NCBI RefSeq assembly: GCF_003231495.1
Contig: NZ_PQWO01000001.1
Coordinates: forward strand, 390,001 to 422,000
Length of the DNA stretch: 32,000 bases
Reading direction: 5' to 3'
DNA from: Acaryochloris thomasi RCC1774
GTDB lineage: Bacteria > Cyanobacteriota > Cyanobacteriia > Thermosynechococcales > Thermosynechococcaceae
A program made the translations under genes and the position numbers. Below are positions 17,510 through 26,931 of the stretch, one piece after another; positions within the stretch are counted from its first letter, which is position 1, and each line of letters opens with the position of its first letter. The notes beneath the pieces were generated by a model, which saw nothing but the letters and a program-made list of their open reading frames with translations, ran no database searches and was not told where the DNA came from.

Positions 17510-18127
17510 TCAAGGATTCAAATAAAGTCTTCGCCTGTACAAACATCTTTTTGCTTCGCTGAGGCCGTGTACTTCCTCTGCTTGTAATCCTTGAATTCTT
17601 GCTGCTTCGACATTTAAGCGGTTGTCATCTAAAAACAGGATCTCAGCGGGTTCAGATTCTAAAGCCTCAATAACATATCTGAATGCCTCAGGGTCAGGCT
17701 TTGCCAAACCCATTAGATGTGAGGCAAACGATTGATGAAACACGCCGTCTAAAGCCATTTCGTTCATTTTTCGTTCCCAGTGCAATTCGTTTGAGTTTGA
17801 GAATAAAGCTACTGTAAATCGTGACTTGAGTGACTTGAGAAATTCAATCGCACCAGGGTATGGGCCAATTGGCCAGTTTGTAAAATACTCTTTAAAGTCT
17901 GCTGCTGAAATGGACATTTTCAGATCAGAGATCATTCTATTTGCGAACTCGTCTGCAGAGATCTTGCCTGTTTCGAATGCTCGGGGTGCATCGGAGGTCA
18001 GCCATTTCTCCCAGCTAGCTTTAGGACTATCGTTGCTGCCAATCCAATTATTTTTGATAGGCTGGCCTTCCAATTCCACGATGACACCACCCAAATCGAA
18101 TAACAAAGTCCTCACTTCACTTTCCAT
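17510..18127 (-). CDS. HAD-superfamily hydrolase, subfamily IA (YihX-like DxGxV variant)
   Basis: 205 aa with SD AGGAAG 8 nt upstream. Motif I variant LLFDLGGVIV, motif II ALFSNSN, and the late motifs KPDPEAF and ILFLDDN. It starts 52 nt downstream of the 18180..19196 gene on the same strand, so the two are probably co-transcribed. Confidence 0.8.
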   Translation of the reverse strand: MESEVRTLLFDLGGVIVELEGQPIKNNWIGSNDSPKASWEKWLTSDAPRAFETGKISADEFANRMISDLKMSISAADFKEYFTNWPIGPYPGAIEFLKSLKSRFTVALFSNSNELHWERKMNEMALDGVFHQSFASHLMGLAKPDPEAFRYVIEALESEPAEILFLDDNRLNVEAARIQGLQAEEVHGLSEAKRCLYRRRLYLNP

Positions 18128-18179
18128 ATTGCTATCTTCCTAAATCCATTTGTGCTAGCAGTTAGGTCGCAACGAAACC

Positions 18180-19196
18180 CTAATGACAATTTGGTGTAGG
18201 AGCATTTTGCCTCAACAAAGTTTTCACAGTAAAGGGTTCATCCACAATAGAGGGTTGCACCGTAATTTCGGTGGCATCAGGTGGCGATTGAAAATCTCCC
18301 CAGGCATTCAGTCGCCAGAGATTTGGAGCCATCTCACCGCCAAAGTTTTTGTCTAAGCAAAAGGGATTTGTATCCCCATGCACCAGCAGCACAGGCTTAG
18401 CAGGCTTGCCCTGTTCACGAAAGTTGGCAGCCAATCGCATTAACTGATCGCGGAAGTTAGCAAAGGCATCACAGTTCATTCGATGGAACGCGGTACAGGC
18501 ACCGCTGCCATCAGGATCGGTCACGTCTGCTTGCACAATCACGACCAGAGCTTGAGCGTCTTCGGCCTCATCAAACGCAGCCTGTAGCCAAACGCGGTTG
18601 GCCTGATCGCGGGCTTCCACGAGAGAGAGTGCCAGTTCAGGATCGTCAAGTAAAATCTCTTGCCGCCCGTTATTCGTCCCCACAATGTGAAGGGTGGTAA
18701 ACACAACGTCATTTTGCTGCCACCGACCATTCTCAGGGAAGTTGGGCTGTCGAGCATAGGCCCAGCTTTCGGGTAGATCCAGTGGCTCATGAAAAAATAG
18801 ACGACGCATCAGATCGAGCTGGTCTAGCTCTGAGATAGGCGCTTTGAGAAAAGGGCGATCGCAATCGGTCCAGTCGTTGTCACCGGGGGTATAGAAAACG
18901 CGCCCCGGCAGCAAACCGTACATCTGATTGCGGCGAGCCGTAAACAGCGCCTCTGAGCAGGTCTCGCCGCCGCCCTTGAAATCACCATAATGTACAACGA
19001 AGGGAGCTTGGGAAGATGAGATCGCATCCTTAATCTCCCTATCCAATACTTGTTGTTCCTGAGGTGAGTAGGGCATATCGCCCACTGCAATAAACCGGAA
19101 GCTCTGAGCCTGGATGCGTGTCGGCAGCAGGACGACCCACAACAGGAGCGATAGCCCAAACCTTTGCAGCAGTGGTTTTGTCACAGTTGCCTTCAT
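18180..19196 (-). CDS. Secreted metallophosphoesterase-like protein
   Basis: I trimmed the start to ATG 19196 (aaGAGGGGGaaaagaATG). This gives a signal peptide, MKATVTKPLLQRFGLSLLLWVVLLPTRIQAQS, and removes the overlap with the divergent sbcD-like gene. Calcineurin-like blocks: IAVGDMPY, VVHYGDFKGG, TPGDNDWTDC, VLLVHGDTN. Confidence 0.6.
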   Translation of the reverse strand: MKATVTKPLLQRFGLSLLLWVVLLPTRIQAQSFRFIAVGDMPYSPQEQQVLDREIKDAISSSQAPFVVHYGDFKGGGETCSEALFTARRNQMYGLLPGRVFYTPGDNDWTDCDRPFLKAPISELDQLDLMRRLFFHEPLDLPESWAYARQPNFPENGRWQQNDVVFTTLHIVGTNNGRQEILLDDPELALSLVEARDQANRVWLQAAFDEAEDAQALVVIVQADVTDPDGSGACTAFHRMNCDAFANFRDQLMRLAANFREQGKPAKPVLLVHGDTNPFCLDKNFGGEMAPNLWRLNAWGDFQSPPDATEITVQPSIVDEPFTVKTLLRQNAPTPNCH

Positions 19197-19295
19197 TCTT
19201 TTCCCCCTCTTGATCATCTCTACAACTTGGAGCAACCCCATAGACACGAACGGAACCACCTGATTCGCTACACTGAGGACAATTTGAACCGCTGA

Positions 19296-20573
19296 ATGAT
19301 TATGGCGCGATTTCTTCACCTTGCTGACGTTCACCTCGGCTACAGCAAATACGATAACCCCGAGCGCACTAAAGACTTCTTCTATGCCTTTCAAGATGCT
19401 CTTGACCGATATGCGATTCAAGAGCAGGTCGATTTTGTTCTGATTGCCGGTGATCTCTTCGAGCAACGCCAGATTTTACCCGCCGTCCTCAATCAGGCCC
19501 AGATTTGCCTTAATCAACTGGCCGAAGCCAATATTCCGGTGCTGGCAATTGAGGGCAATCATGACTATGAACCCTATGGCTCACGGACAAGCTGGCTGCG
19601 GTATCTCTCAAGCTGGGAAAAACTGATTCTACTCAAGCCCGACAATGAAGAAACGCTAGAGCCTTGGGATTTTGACAACAAACGCGGCAGCTACATCGAT
19701 CTGGACTGCGGTGTGCGAGTGGTTGGGTCTCGCTGGTACGGGGCAACGGCTCCACTTGCGATCGCAAAGCTAGCCGCCAGCATTGAGCAGCTCCCGCCCG
19801 GACCAGATACCACCGTCATGATGTTCCATCACGGCCTAGAGAACTATGTGGCTCGCTACAAAGGCTCATTGAGATATCAAGACTTTGCTCCCCTCAAAGA
19901 AGCTGGAGTCGATTATTTAGCCCTGGGTCATATCCATCAGAATTACGCTGTGGAAGGCTGGATTTTCAATCCTGGTTCTACAGAAGCCAACAGCGTGATC
20001 GAAAATCAAGAGCAGAATCCACGCGGTGTCTATCTAGTGGAGCTGTCTGCTGACGGTATTGAGGCCGACCTGAAACGCGACTACCGCCAGCGCTCCATCG
20101 TGCGCCTGACCTGTAAGGTGAAGCCACATCAAACGCCTGAAGAGGTTGAGCAGCTTGCTATTAACGAAGTAACCCACGCCGCTAAGCAGGGGCAAACTGC
20201 AGATACCATTACCGAACTGCGGATTCAGGGCAGCATTGGTTTTAACCGCTCCGACGTAGATGTTCGAGCACTGCGGAATCAGCTCCAGGAGATCAGTGAA
20301 GCCCTCGTCTTTTTGCTCAAGTACGACGTTACGGGCCGGGAGTATCACACCTTAGCGATTGATGATCAACAGCCCCCCTCGCGCAAAGAGATTGAACGCA
20401 GCATTTTTGCCGACATGCTATCTGAAAACACTCGCTACCGAGACCAGGCCGAGGAACTCTCGGAAGGCTTGATTGACCTCAAAGATCGGGTTCTGCAGCA
20501 GCAGTCTGACGAAGACTTATATACGTTTGCCTCTCAACTGATTGAGCCAGCCGCTGCCGATCGGAACAATTGA
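19296..20573 (+). CDS. sbcD: SbcD/Mre11-family DNA repair exonuclease
   Basis: The full Mre11 motif set is present: LHLADVHLG, LIAGDLFE, IEGNHD, MFHHG, LGHIHQ. The start could be ATG 19296 or ATG 19302 (MARFLHLADVHLG). No SbcC/Rad50-like ATPase gene is adjacent. Confidence 0.8.
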   Translation: MIMARFLHLADVHLGYSKYDNPERTKDFFYAFQDALDRYAIQEQVDFVLIAGDLFEQRQILPAVLNQAQICLNQLAEANIPVLAIEGNHDYEPYGSRTSWLRYLSSWEKLILLKPDNEETLEPWDFDNKRGSYIDLDCGVRVVGSRWYGATAPLAIAKLAASIEQLPPGPDTTVMMFHHGLENYVARYKGSLRYQDFAPLKEAGVDYLALGHIHQNYAVEGWIFNPGSTEANSVIENQEQNPRGVYLVELSADGIEADLKRDYRQRSIVRLTCKVKPHQTPEEVEQLAINEVTHAAKQGQTADTITELRIQGSIGFNRSDVDVRALRNQLQEISEALVFLLKYDVTGREYHTLAIDDQQPPSRKEIERSIFADMLSENTRYRDQAEELSEGLIDLKDRVLQQQSDEDLYTFASQLIEPAAADRNN

Positions 20574-20727
20574 TCTAGCATACGGCGTCGGTAGTGTGGT
20601 CTAGGGTTGCTGATGGTTGAGGGGTGCCATAATTCTTAACGCCAATTTTAAAGAAATCATGGTAGCCTCGCCAGCGACTACTTCAAACCATTTGTGCCTG
20701 TTCCCTATCGCATTACCAAGAGCAATT

Positions 20728-22032
20728 ATGAAACTGCCGATCCCCCGCCTTTTTAGTATTTTGGCTGCTGCCACAGCCTTGACCGCCGCTACTCCCCACG
20801 TACAGGCAGCAACCTTTGGTGAAATAGAAATCGATCAAAGTGAATATATTGCCGTCGCAGCGCCCTATGGTGACGGACTGCATCAGCTTTTAATCATTGG
20901 CCAAGTCACTGATGAAAAAGAATGCTGGAGTGAAAGCGGCAGCAACCCTGTGATTGTCGATCCGCTGCTGGTGAACTTTGACTTTTCAGGGATTTGCGAT
21001 CGCAAAACTGACGCCAACGGCTATTCCATTCGCATTGAAGGCGAAGATCAGGCTCAAAACTACAGCCTGAGAATTCGTCAGCGTGGGGGAGACCTTGTCC
21101 TTGTCGGTTCACCACCGCCTAATAGCCAAGGGCAAGAAATCGAGCTGGGTCGCGCTAACGGGGTGACAGATGGCTTTGCTAAGATTCAGCTGGATCCAGA
21201 ATGGCGATTTACCAAGCGCACGTTTGAGAAAAAGACCCTCGGCCATGTCTATCTGACGAAGGGCGTTTCCCAGATTCCGTTCCCAGACGTTGAGAACGAC
21301 ATTTACCTTAAAGAGATTCGAGATGCCGTTGCTCTCAAATTCGTCTCTGGCTTTGAAGAAGACAATACGTTCCGGCCCAACACGCCTTTGACCCGTGAAC
21401 AGCTCGTCTCACTGGTGCTTGAATCTCTGAAGAACGTGCCCGACGTCACGCTCAATGTGCCCACGAGCACAGCTCAGGACCCCTACCCTGACGTTGTTGC
21501 CTCTCGCTGGAGCGCTGCAAAGATTGCCTTTGCTAAGGAGAACAAGATTGTTGAAGGCTACCCCAACGGCGAGTTCCGGCCTACGCGGACGGTGACCCGA
21601 GCGGAAATGATGGCGGTCCTGCGCCGCGCGGCAGAGTATGCCAAAAACCTCAAGGGGTTGCCAACTGATCTGCAGGCCAAGCAGTCGCCCTTTAATTTCA
21701 CGGATGTCGCCAATCACCCTTGGGCCTCGTCGTTGATTAGCCAAATGTCTTCCTATTGTGGGGTTGCTTCTCCCGAGAATGAGCAGGGGCGAGCCTTCAA
21801 CCCTGACGAAGCATCCCAGCGAAACTATGCCGCTGCCGCGACGTTGAGAACGTTGAACTGTCTCAAGAGTGAAGCCAGTGGAGCAGCCCCTGCTGCACCT
21901 GCGCCAGGAGATGGTTCAATAACCATCCCCATCCCTGGGGGAACAACGCTGACGGTTCCTGCACCTAGTGCAAGTCCAACGCCTGAGGAAACAGCTCCAG
22001 ACCCTGAGCCAGAAGCGGTTCCCACACCATAG
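20728..22032 (+). CDS. Cell-envelope protein: signal peptide, DUF3747-like N-terminal domain, three SLH domains and a Pro-rich tail
   Basis: I trimmed the start to ATG 20728 (MKLPIPRLFSILAAATALTAATPHVQA). The N-terminal block VDPLLVNFDFSGICDRKTDANGYSIR resembles cyanobacterial DUF3747. The SLH repeats begin at FPDVENDIY, YPDVVASRW and FTDVANHPW. Confidence 0.85.
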   Translation: MKLPIPRLFSILAAATALTAATPHVQAATFGEIEIDQSEYIAVAAPYGDGLHQLLIIGQVTDEKECWSESGSNPVIVDPLLVNFDFSGICDRKTDANGYSIRIEGEDQAQNYSLRIRQRGGDLVLVGSPPPNSQGQEIELGRANGVTDGFAKIQLDPEWRFTKRTFEKKTLGHVYLTKGVSQIPFPDVENDIYLKEIRDAVALKFVSGFEEDNTFRPNTPLTREQLVSLVLESLKNVPDVTLNVPTSTAQDPYPDVVASRWSAAKIAFAKENKIVEGYPNGEFRPTRTVTRAEMMAVLRRAAEYAKNLKGLPTDLQAKQSPFNFTDVANHPWASSLISQMSSYCGVASPENEQGRAFNPDEASQRNYAAAATLRTLNCLKSEASGAAPAAPAPGDGSITIPIPGGTTLTVPAPSASPTPEETAPDPEPEAVPTP

Positions 22033-22353
22033 GCTTCCCTTTGCTGTAGCATCTCTATTCCCCCATCTCTTTCTCTCTGTTCAAAGCGGGTCAAAGTGAT
22101 GGGGGATAATTCTGGACCTTCAGGCAATGCTCTTTGCTCGCCAGTGGTTGATTGTGAGATGCGATGTATTGGATATAGAATCACCACTAGAGATATCAAT
22201 ACGGGCAGACGCTGCGGTATATTGCATGGCTCAGGCCGATCGCTGTAGGATCACGCACCTTTTACCTGGCTCTGTCAGAGCTACTCTGTGGAACTCGATT
22301 CGATTGTATCGTCATGAATGCGGCTCAGCCGTTACGGCTAAAGGATATTTGCC

Positions 22354-23361
22354 ATGCGTGTCTTAGTAACGGGTGCTGCTGGTTTCATTGGCTTCCATCT
22401 GGCCCAACGACTGCTGCTAGATGGTGTAGAGGTCGTCGGCGTTGATAATCTCAACGACTATTATGATGTCCGACTGAAGAAAGCCCGCTTAGAGCAGATT
22501 ACCTCGCATCCTCAGTTTACGTTTGGATACCTTGACGTTAGCGATCGCAAGTCAACGGCCCGACTTTTTGCAGATCAAACCTTCGATGGTGTCGTCCATC
22601 TTGCGGCTCAGGCTGGGGTTCGCTATTCGATCGACAATCCTGATGCCTATGTCGATAGCAATCTGGTCGGCTTCATGAATGTGTTAGAGGGCTGCCGTCA
22701 CAGTCACATCAACCATCTTGTCTTTGCCTCCTCTAGCTCGGTCTACGGCACCAACCGCAAGGTTCCATTTTCGACAGCAGACAATGTAGACCACCCCATT
22801 TCGCTCTATGCGGCCACCAAGAAAGCGAATGAGCTGATGGCCCATTCCTATAGTCATCTCTACGGCCTACCGGTGACGGGGCTGCGCTTTTTTACGGTCT
22901 ATGGTCCCTGGGGCCGGCCCGATATGGCCTACTTTAAGTTTGTAGATGCGATCGCATCTAATCGCCCCATCGATGTCTACAATCACGGCCAGATGCAGCG
23001 CGACTTTACCTACATTGACGACGTGATCGAAGGAGTGGTGCGCGTTCTCAATCGTCCGCCTCAGATGGACTCCAGCCACGCCCCCTACAAAATCTATAAC
23101 ATCGGCAACCACAGCCCCGTCAGCCTCATGCACTTCATTGAAGTGATCGAAGCCAAGCTGGGTAAAACCGCTCAGAAAAACTGGCTCCCGATGCAGCCCG
23201 GAGACGTTCACGCCACCTTCGCTGACATTACAGAGCTGAGCCGAGACGTAGGCTTTGCGCCTCAAACCCCTCTTGAGGAAGGGATGGAACAGTTTGTGCA
23301 GTGGTATCACACCTACGCTGCAGCACAAGCAACGTCTGCAGTGCCCATCATCCCGAGATAG
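22354..23361 (+). CDS. NAD-dependent nucleotide-sugar 4-epimerase (UDP-glucuronate 4-epimerase-like SDR)
   Basis: 335 aa with SD AAGGA. Blocks: MRVLVTGAAGFIGFHL, NLNDYYDVRLKKARL, SSSSVYG and YAATKKANE (YxxxK). These are typical of the extended-SDR UDP-GlcA/GalE-like clade. Confidence 0.9.
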   Translation: MRVLVTGAAGFIGFHLAQRLLLDGVEVVGVDNLNDYYDVRLKKARLEQITSHPQFTFGYLDVSDRKSTARLFADQTFDGVVHLAAQAGVRYSIDNPDAYVDSNLVGFMNVLEGCRHSHINHLVFASSSSVYGTNRKVPFSTADNVDHPISLYAATKKANELMAHSYSHLYGLPVTGLRFFTVYGPWGRPDMAYFKFVDAIASNRPIDVYNHGQMQRDFTYIDDVIEGVVRVLNRPPQMDSSHAPYKIYNIGNHSPVSLMHFIEVIEAKLGKTAQKNWLPMQPGDVHATFADITELSRDVGFAPQTPLEEGMEQFVQWYHTYAAAQATSAVPIIPR

Positions 23362-23391
23362 AGCCATGTCGGTCGGGATGTCTTTAGAGAT

Positions 23392-24978
23392 TCACTCGAC
23401 TTTTGTCTGGGCCTTAGGGGCCAACGCAGGAGCTGACTGAACCTGGAGCGTGCTGAGCTGTACTCCAGGTTGCTGAACTTGCTCAAGGGTGAACTGTTGC
23501 TCCCGAAACACATCGTGGAACGAATCGTGGGGACCAAAGACAAAGATAGAGCCTTGCTCAGGAATGCTCGGAAAATGAGATGGAACAGCCAGTTGAAATC
23601 GCACAGTATCGTTGAGACGATCGCTCATGGAGAGCAGCAATCCCAGACGATTTCCAGCTAGATCGCTCATGAGCAGTGGACGCTCTTGCTGATTAAGAAA
23701 GTTTGCAGTAGCAATCGTTTCAGGCGCGAACCACTTCGTCCACCAAGTTGGCGATTTTAGAATCAGCAGGCAAGACACCAGACCTAGGCCAAATAGGCCC
23801 ATCAACAGACTTTTGCCCAGCAAGCGTTGTCGAGAGTGAGGGTGCTTAAGCCAGTGTGCAAGGCAAAATGATACGGCGATTTGCAACCCGATCAATGTTG
23901 GAACAAAATAGCGACTATTGCTGGAACGCTGTCCTCCTAGCAGCAAGTCCGGCACAATCAATGCGATCAGGGTGACCCCAATGAGCAACAGAACAAAGAG
24001 CCATGCTCGAGGTGGACTGTGGCGCACAAGGACCACTAGCGCAGTACCTAAGAACGTGAGCGCACAAGCGAGACGAATAAAGATCCGTAGGTCGGTCATG
24101 TCGAGTCCCAAATCGACGAAGGGGCTACTAATATGAAGTCCCCAGAAGATAGCGAGACTCAGTAGCGGTTCATCCACATTGAGCCAATTGGTTTGGGCAT
24201 GAACAATATCAAGCTGGGTTGCAAACGTCACGATCCAGGGAATATAGGCGACTCCCGCCGTGGCCATCACCAGCAGCATCACTTTTGTCCTCCGAGTCCA
24301 ACGTCCCCCTTCTCGGATCAAGACGTATAGCCCTTGGCTCAAGGTGGGCAGTACCGCAAACAAAGAGGTGTAAAGCCCCATAATAATGGTGAGTGTATAA
24401 AGTCCCCAATCTTTGGGCTGGTTCCAGCGTAAAGCCCGTAGCAAAGATGCTGAAGACATCACAACGGTAAAGGTCCAGAGGCTATATTCTCGAGCTTCTT
24501 GGGCGTAGAGCAGATGGAATGGAGAAACGGCTAGCAGCGCGATCGCAACAGTCCCAACGGTTGTGTCGCCAAACAATTCCCAACACAGCCAGTAAAGAGC
24601 TGGAAATATCAACAGGCTCAAAACTGCCGATAAACTGCGCACTGCTGCTGTAGAATCGCCAACCCACTGCATCCAGAATCGCACTAAGAAATAGTAAAGC
24701 GGGGGATGCTCTGGATGGCGCAGGAGAGCATTCGTCGCATCCTGTAAACCCTTAGTGGCGTCGAATTGTCGATACGCCATTAGCTCAGCCGGTTGCACAA
24801 TTCTGCCATCAGATAGATCTGAGACAACTTCGCTGGGACTGTGCCCCGTCGCTCGGATAGAAGTAAACACTTCATCGTGCCAGTAGACCTTATGGCCCAG
24901 GGCACTGAAGCGAAGGCAGACTCCCAGCAGCAATGCGATAATCAGCCACCGCACCCGGTCGATTCTCTTCAGAAGCAC
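23392..24978 (-). CDS. Polytopic membrane glycosyltransferase, GT-C fold (family 39 / ArnT-PMT-like)
   Basis: 528 aa with a GTG start. There are about 11-12 predicted TM helices. The first loop carries YWHDEV (the DE motif typical of GT-C enzymes). A soluble C-terminal tail of about 120 aa follows. The gene is convergent with the epimerase gene across a 30-nt gap. Confidence 0.65.
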   Translation of the reverse strand: MLLKRIDRVRWLIIALLLGVCLRFSALGHKVYWHDEVFTSIRATGHSPSEVVSDLSDGRIVQPAELMAYRQFDATKGLQDATNALLRHPEHPPLYYFLVRFWMQWVGDSTAAVRSLSAVLSLLIFPALYWLCWELFGDTTVGTVAIALLAVSPFHLLYAQEAREYSLWTFTVVMSSASLLRALRWNQPKDWGLYTLTIIMGLYTSLFAVLPTLSQGLYVLIREGGRWTRRTKVMLLVMATAGVAYIPWIVTFATQLDIVHAQTNWLNVDEPLLSLAIFWGLHISSPFVDLGLDMTDLRIFIRLACALTFLGTALVVLVRHSPPRAWLFVLLLIGVTLIALIVPDLLLGGQRSSNSRYFVPTLIGLQIAVSFCLAHWLKHPHSRQRLLGKSLLMGLFGLGLVSCLLILKSPTWWTKWFAPETIATANFLNQQERPLLMSDLAGNRLGLLLSMSDRLNDTVRFQLAVPSHFPSIPEQGSIFVFGPHDSFHDVFREQQFTLEQVQQPGVQLSTLQVQSAPALAPKAQTKVE

Positions 24979-25086
24979 CTCCTACTGACTCATGCTTGAG
25001 GTAATCATAATCCGAATGCTGACTTTGGTTGCCAGATGCCTTAGTCGAACGAGTACAGAGCAACTTGAGCCTCTAGAAACATCTTT

Positions 25087-26931
25087 TTAGTAAGCTAAAG
25101 CCTTACCGGCAGGGCGACGATGGTCATGGATTCCCTGCAAACCTGATGCTTTATTCCCCGCTGTCTCAGCAGCTCCCCAAGGTGGAAAGGGCACAACACG
25201 ATACCCCATTTCCCAAAGGTCTTGAATCGTGCGGGACTCAAGGGCGTAAGGCTCAGCAAACACAAAGTTAGGTCGCCCTTGATAGTGCACCTTGGGCGCA
25301 TTGACGGCATCGGCCAAGTCCATCTTGAAATCAATATAGTTTGTGATCGTTTGCAGCACTGTCGTCGGGATTGTCGAGCCGCCCGGACTACCGGTGACGA
25401 ATTTGAGCTGATTGTTCTTTAGAACCATCGTGGGAGACATCGAGCTTAGCGGCTGTTTACCCGGCTGAATCTGATTGGGCAGACCCTGCACGAGACCAAA
25501 GCTATTGGGGGTACCGGGCTTAAGTGTGAAGTCATCCATCTCATTGTTGAGAAAGAAACCTGTCCCATTGGGGATAACGCCAGCCCCAAAGTAAGAGTTA
25601 ATCGTGTAAGTCACAGCCACAGCATTGCCCCAAGAGTCAATGACAGAGTAGTGGGTTGTATGGGTCCCTTCCGTTGCCGCAGTGATACCTTCATAGAGAG
25701 AAGCCGGAGGGACGGCACGCTGCTCAGGGATTTTCGCTCTCAAAGCTGCAGCATAGTCTTTGCTAAGCAGGCGCTCGACGGGACTGTTATGGAATCTAGG
25801 ATCGCCGAGGTGGGTGTTGCGGTCGGCAAAGGCAAACAGCATTGCAGAAAGCATTGGATGAAGAGTCTGACTTGTCTTGGGGCCAGATGTATCGAATTCA
25901 TAGCCCTCCACAATATTCAGCATCTGACAAAGGGTGATGCCTCCACCCGGCAGCGGTGCTGTCACGATGTCATAGGAGCGATACCGACACTGCAGGGGCG
26001 GGTTCTCCGTCACTTCGTATTCCTGCAAATCTTTGAGCGTCAACAGTCCCCCCTGTTGTTGGCTGGCGTTAACGAGCTGTTGCGCAATGGGGCCGCGATA
26101 GAATGCGGCTTCGCCCTCGGTTGAGATTTTCTGCAGGGTTTGACTCAGATCTTTTTGAACCAGGCGATTGCCCATTCGATACCTTCGACCCTTAACATCC
26201 ATAAAAATGTCAGCAGCCTGATGATCTCGCTTGATTTTTGGAATCCCCTTATTCAAGATGTCGACATCACCCTGTGAGAGAACAAACCCCTGTTTAGCTA
26301 ACGAAATAGCGGGGGCCAAGATCCTTTGACGCGGCCAGGTTCCATATCTCTCTCGGGCCGCTTCTAGGCCCTTTACTGTTCCCGGAACGCCAACTGCCAA
26401 GTAGCCCTTTGTGCTCAGACCGTCACGGACTTTGCCCTTAGGGTCAAGATACATATCGGGGGTCGCGGCTAGCGGTGCCCGCTCTCTAAAGTTGATGAAG
26501 GTCTGCCGCCCATCGGCAAGGCGAATGAGCATAAACCCGCCGCCCCCCAAATTGCCGCAGCAGGGATGGGTGACCGCCAGAGCATAGCCTACGGCAACTG
26601 CTGCATCTATAGCATTCCCGCCCTGCTGCAGGACCTGCAGCCCGACTTCTGATGCCTCTGCTTGGGCTGTCACAACGACGCCTTTTTGCCCTGTTACTGT
26701 CTCCTTTTGGATCTTCTGGCTTTGGCAAGCATTGAAGAAATGCTGGCGACAGTTCCACTGATCGGTCAGTTGATGAAGGTAGGTCAGCGGATGATATAGG
26801 CTGCCGGAGAGCAGAATGTCAGCTCCGATGATCATGAGGACGAGTGTGGGCGTTGCGATCGCAACCCTCAATAGTATGTTTCGTTTCAGAGCCTCTCTCC
26901 TCTCAGGTCGGTGCAGTATTAACCTCTGCAA
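25087..26931 (-). CDS. ggt: Gamma-glutamyltransferase
   Basis: 614 aa in the ORF as listed (TTG start). N-terminal TM anchor. Blocks: GGNAIDAAVA, GGGGFMLI, the autoprocessing site region EGTHTTHYSVID, and GSPGGSTIPT. The true start is uncertain; alternatives are TTG at codon 21 or ATG at codon 33. Confidence 0.95.
   Translation of the reverse strand: MQRLILHRPERREALKRNILLRVAIATPTLVLMIIGADILLSGSLYHPLTYLHQLTDQWNCRQHFFNACQSQKIQKETVTGQKGVVVTAQAEASEVGLQVLQQGGNAIDAAVAVGYALAVTHPCCGNLGGGGFMLIRLADGRQTFINFRERAPLAATPDMYLDPKGKVRDGLSTKGYLAVGVPGTVKGLEAARERYGTWPRQRILAPAISLAKQGFVLSQGDVDILNKGIPKIKRDHQAADIFMDVKGRRYRMGNRLVQKDLSQTLQKISTEGEAAFYRGPIAQQLVNASQQQGGLLTLKDLQEYEVTENPPLQCRYRSYDIVTAPLPGGGITLCQMLNIVEGYEFDTSGPKTSQTLHPMLSAMLFAFADRNTHLGDPRFHNSPVERLLSKDYAAALRAKIPEQRAVPPASLYEGITAATEGTHTTHYSVIDSWGNAVAVTYTINSYFGAGVIPNGTGFFLNNEMDDFTLKPGTPNSFGLVQGLPNQIQPGKQPLSSMSPTMVLKNNQLKFVTGSPGGSTIPTTVLQTITNYIDFKMDLADAVNAPKVHYQGRPNFVFAEPYALESRTIQDLWEMGYRVVPFPPWGAAETAGNKASGLQGIHDHRRPAGKALAY

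Noticed and set aside
17443-17520. A mini-ORF downstream of a GAGGAG: ATGGAATGA, then a 23-codon ORF (MKLSTSHRLRRAYLTKSRDQGFK) that overlaps the 3' end of the HAD gene on the opposite strand.
   Set aside because: It is too short to evaluate and has no conservation evidence available. It could easily be chance.
19197-19466. The N-terminal 90 codons of ORF 18180..19466, which would overlap the sbcD-like gene start.
   Set aside because: An internal ATG at 19196 has a strong SD (GAGGGGG) and yields a canonical signal peptide immediately before the conserved phosphoesterase domain. The extension has no recognisable features and runs antisense through the neighbouring gene's 5' end.
20617-20727. 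An upstream extension of the SLH protein ORF (MRGAIILNANFKEIM...).
   Set aside because: The ATG at 20728 starts a typical signal peptide (MKLPIPRLFSILAAATALTAATPHVQA). The 37 extra residues would bury it.
22059-22106. A hairpin, TCCCCCATC (22059..22067) with GATGGGGGA (22098..22106), 27 nt after the SLH gene stop.
   Set aside because: The stem is only 9 bp with a 30-nt loop and no T-run, so I did not call it a terminator. Its resemblance to the C-tract/G-tract element in cobN is limited to the homopolymer style.
22127-22366. A 79-aa ORF in the spacer upstream of the epimerase gene.
   Set aside because: It has no SD and an unremarkable composition, and it overlaps the epimerase start in another frame. 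This is more likely promoter or leader sequence.
22867-23367. A 166-aa ORF antisense to the epimerase gene, plus ORFs 23255..23440 and 23313..23543.
   Set aside because: They are fully overlapped by strongly supported CDSs (epimerase, GT-C) and have no motifs of their own.
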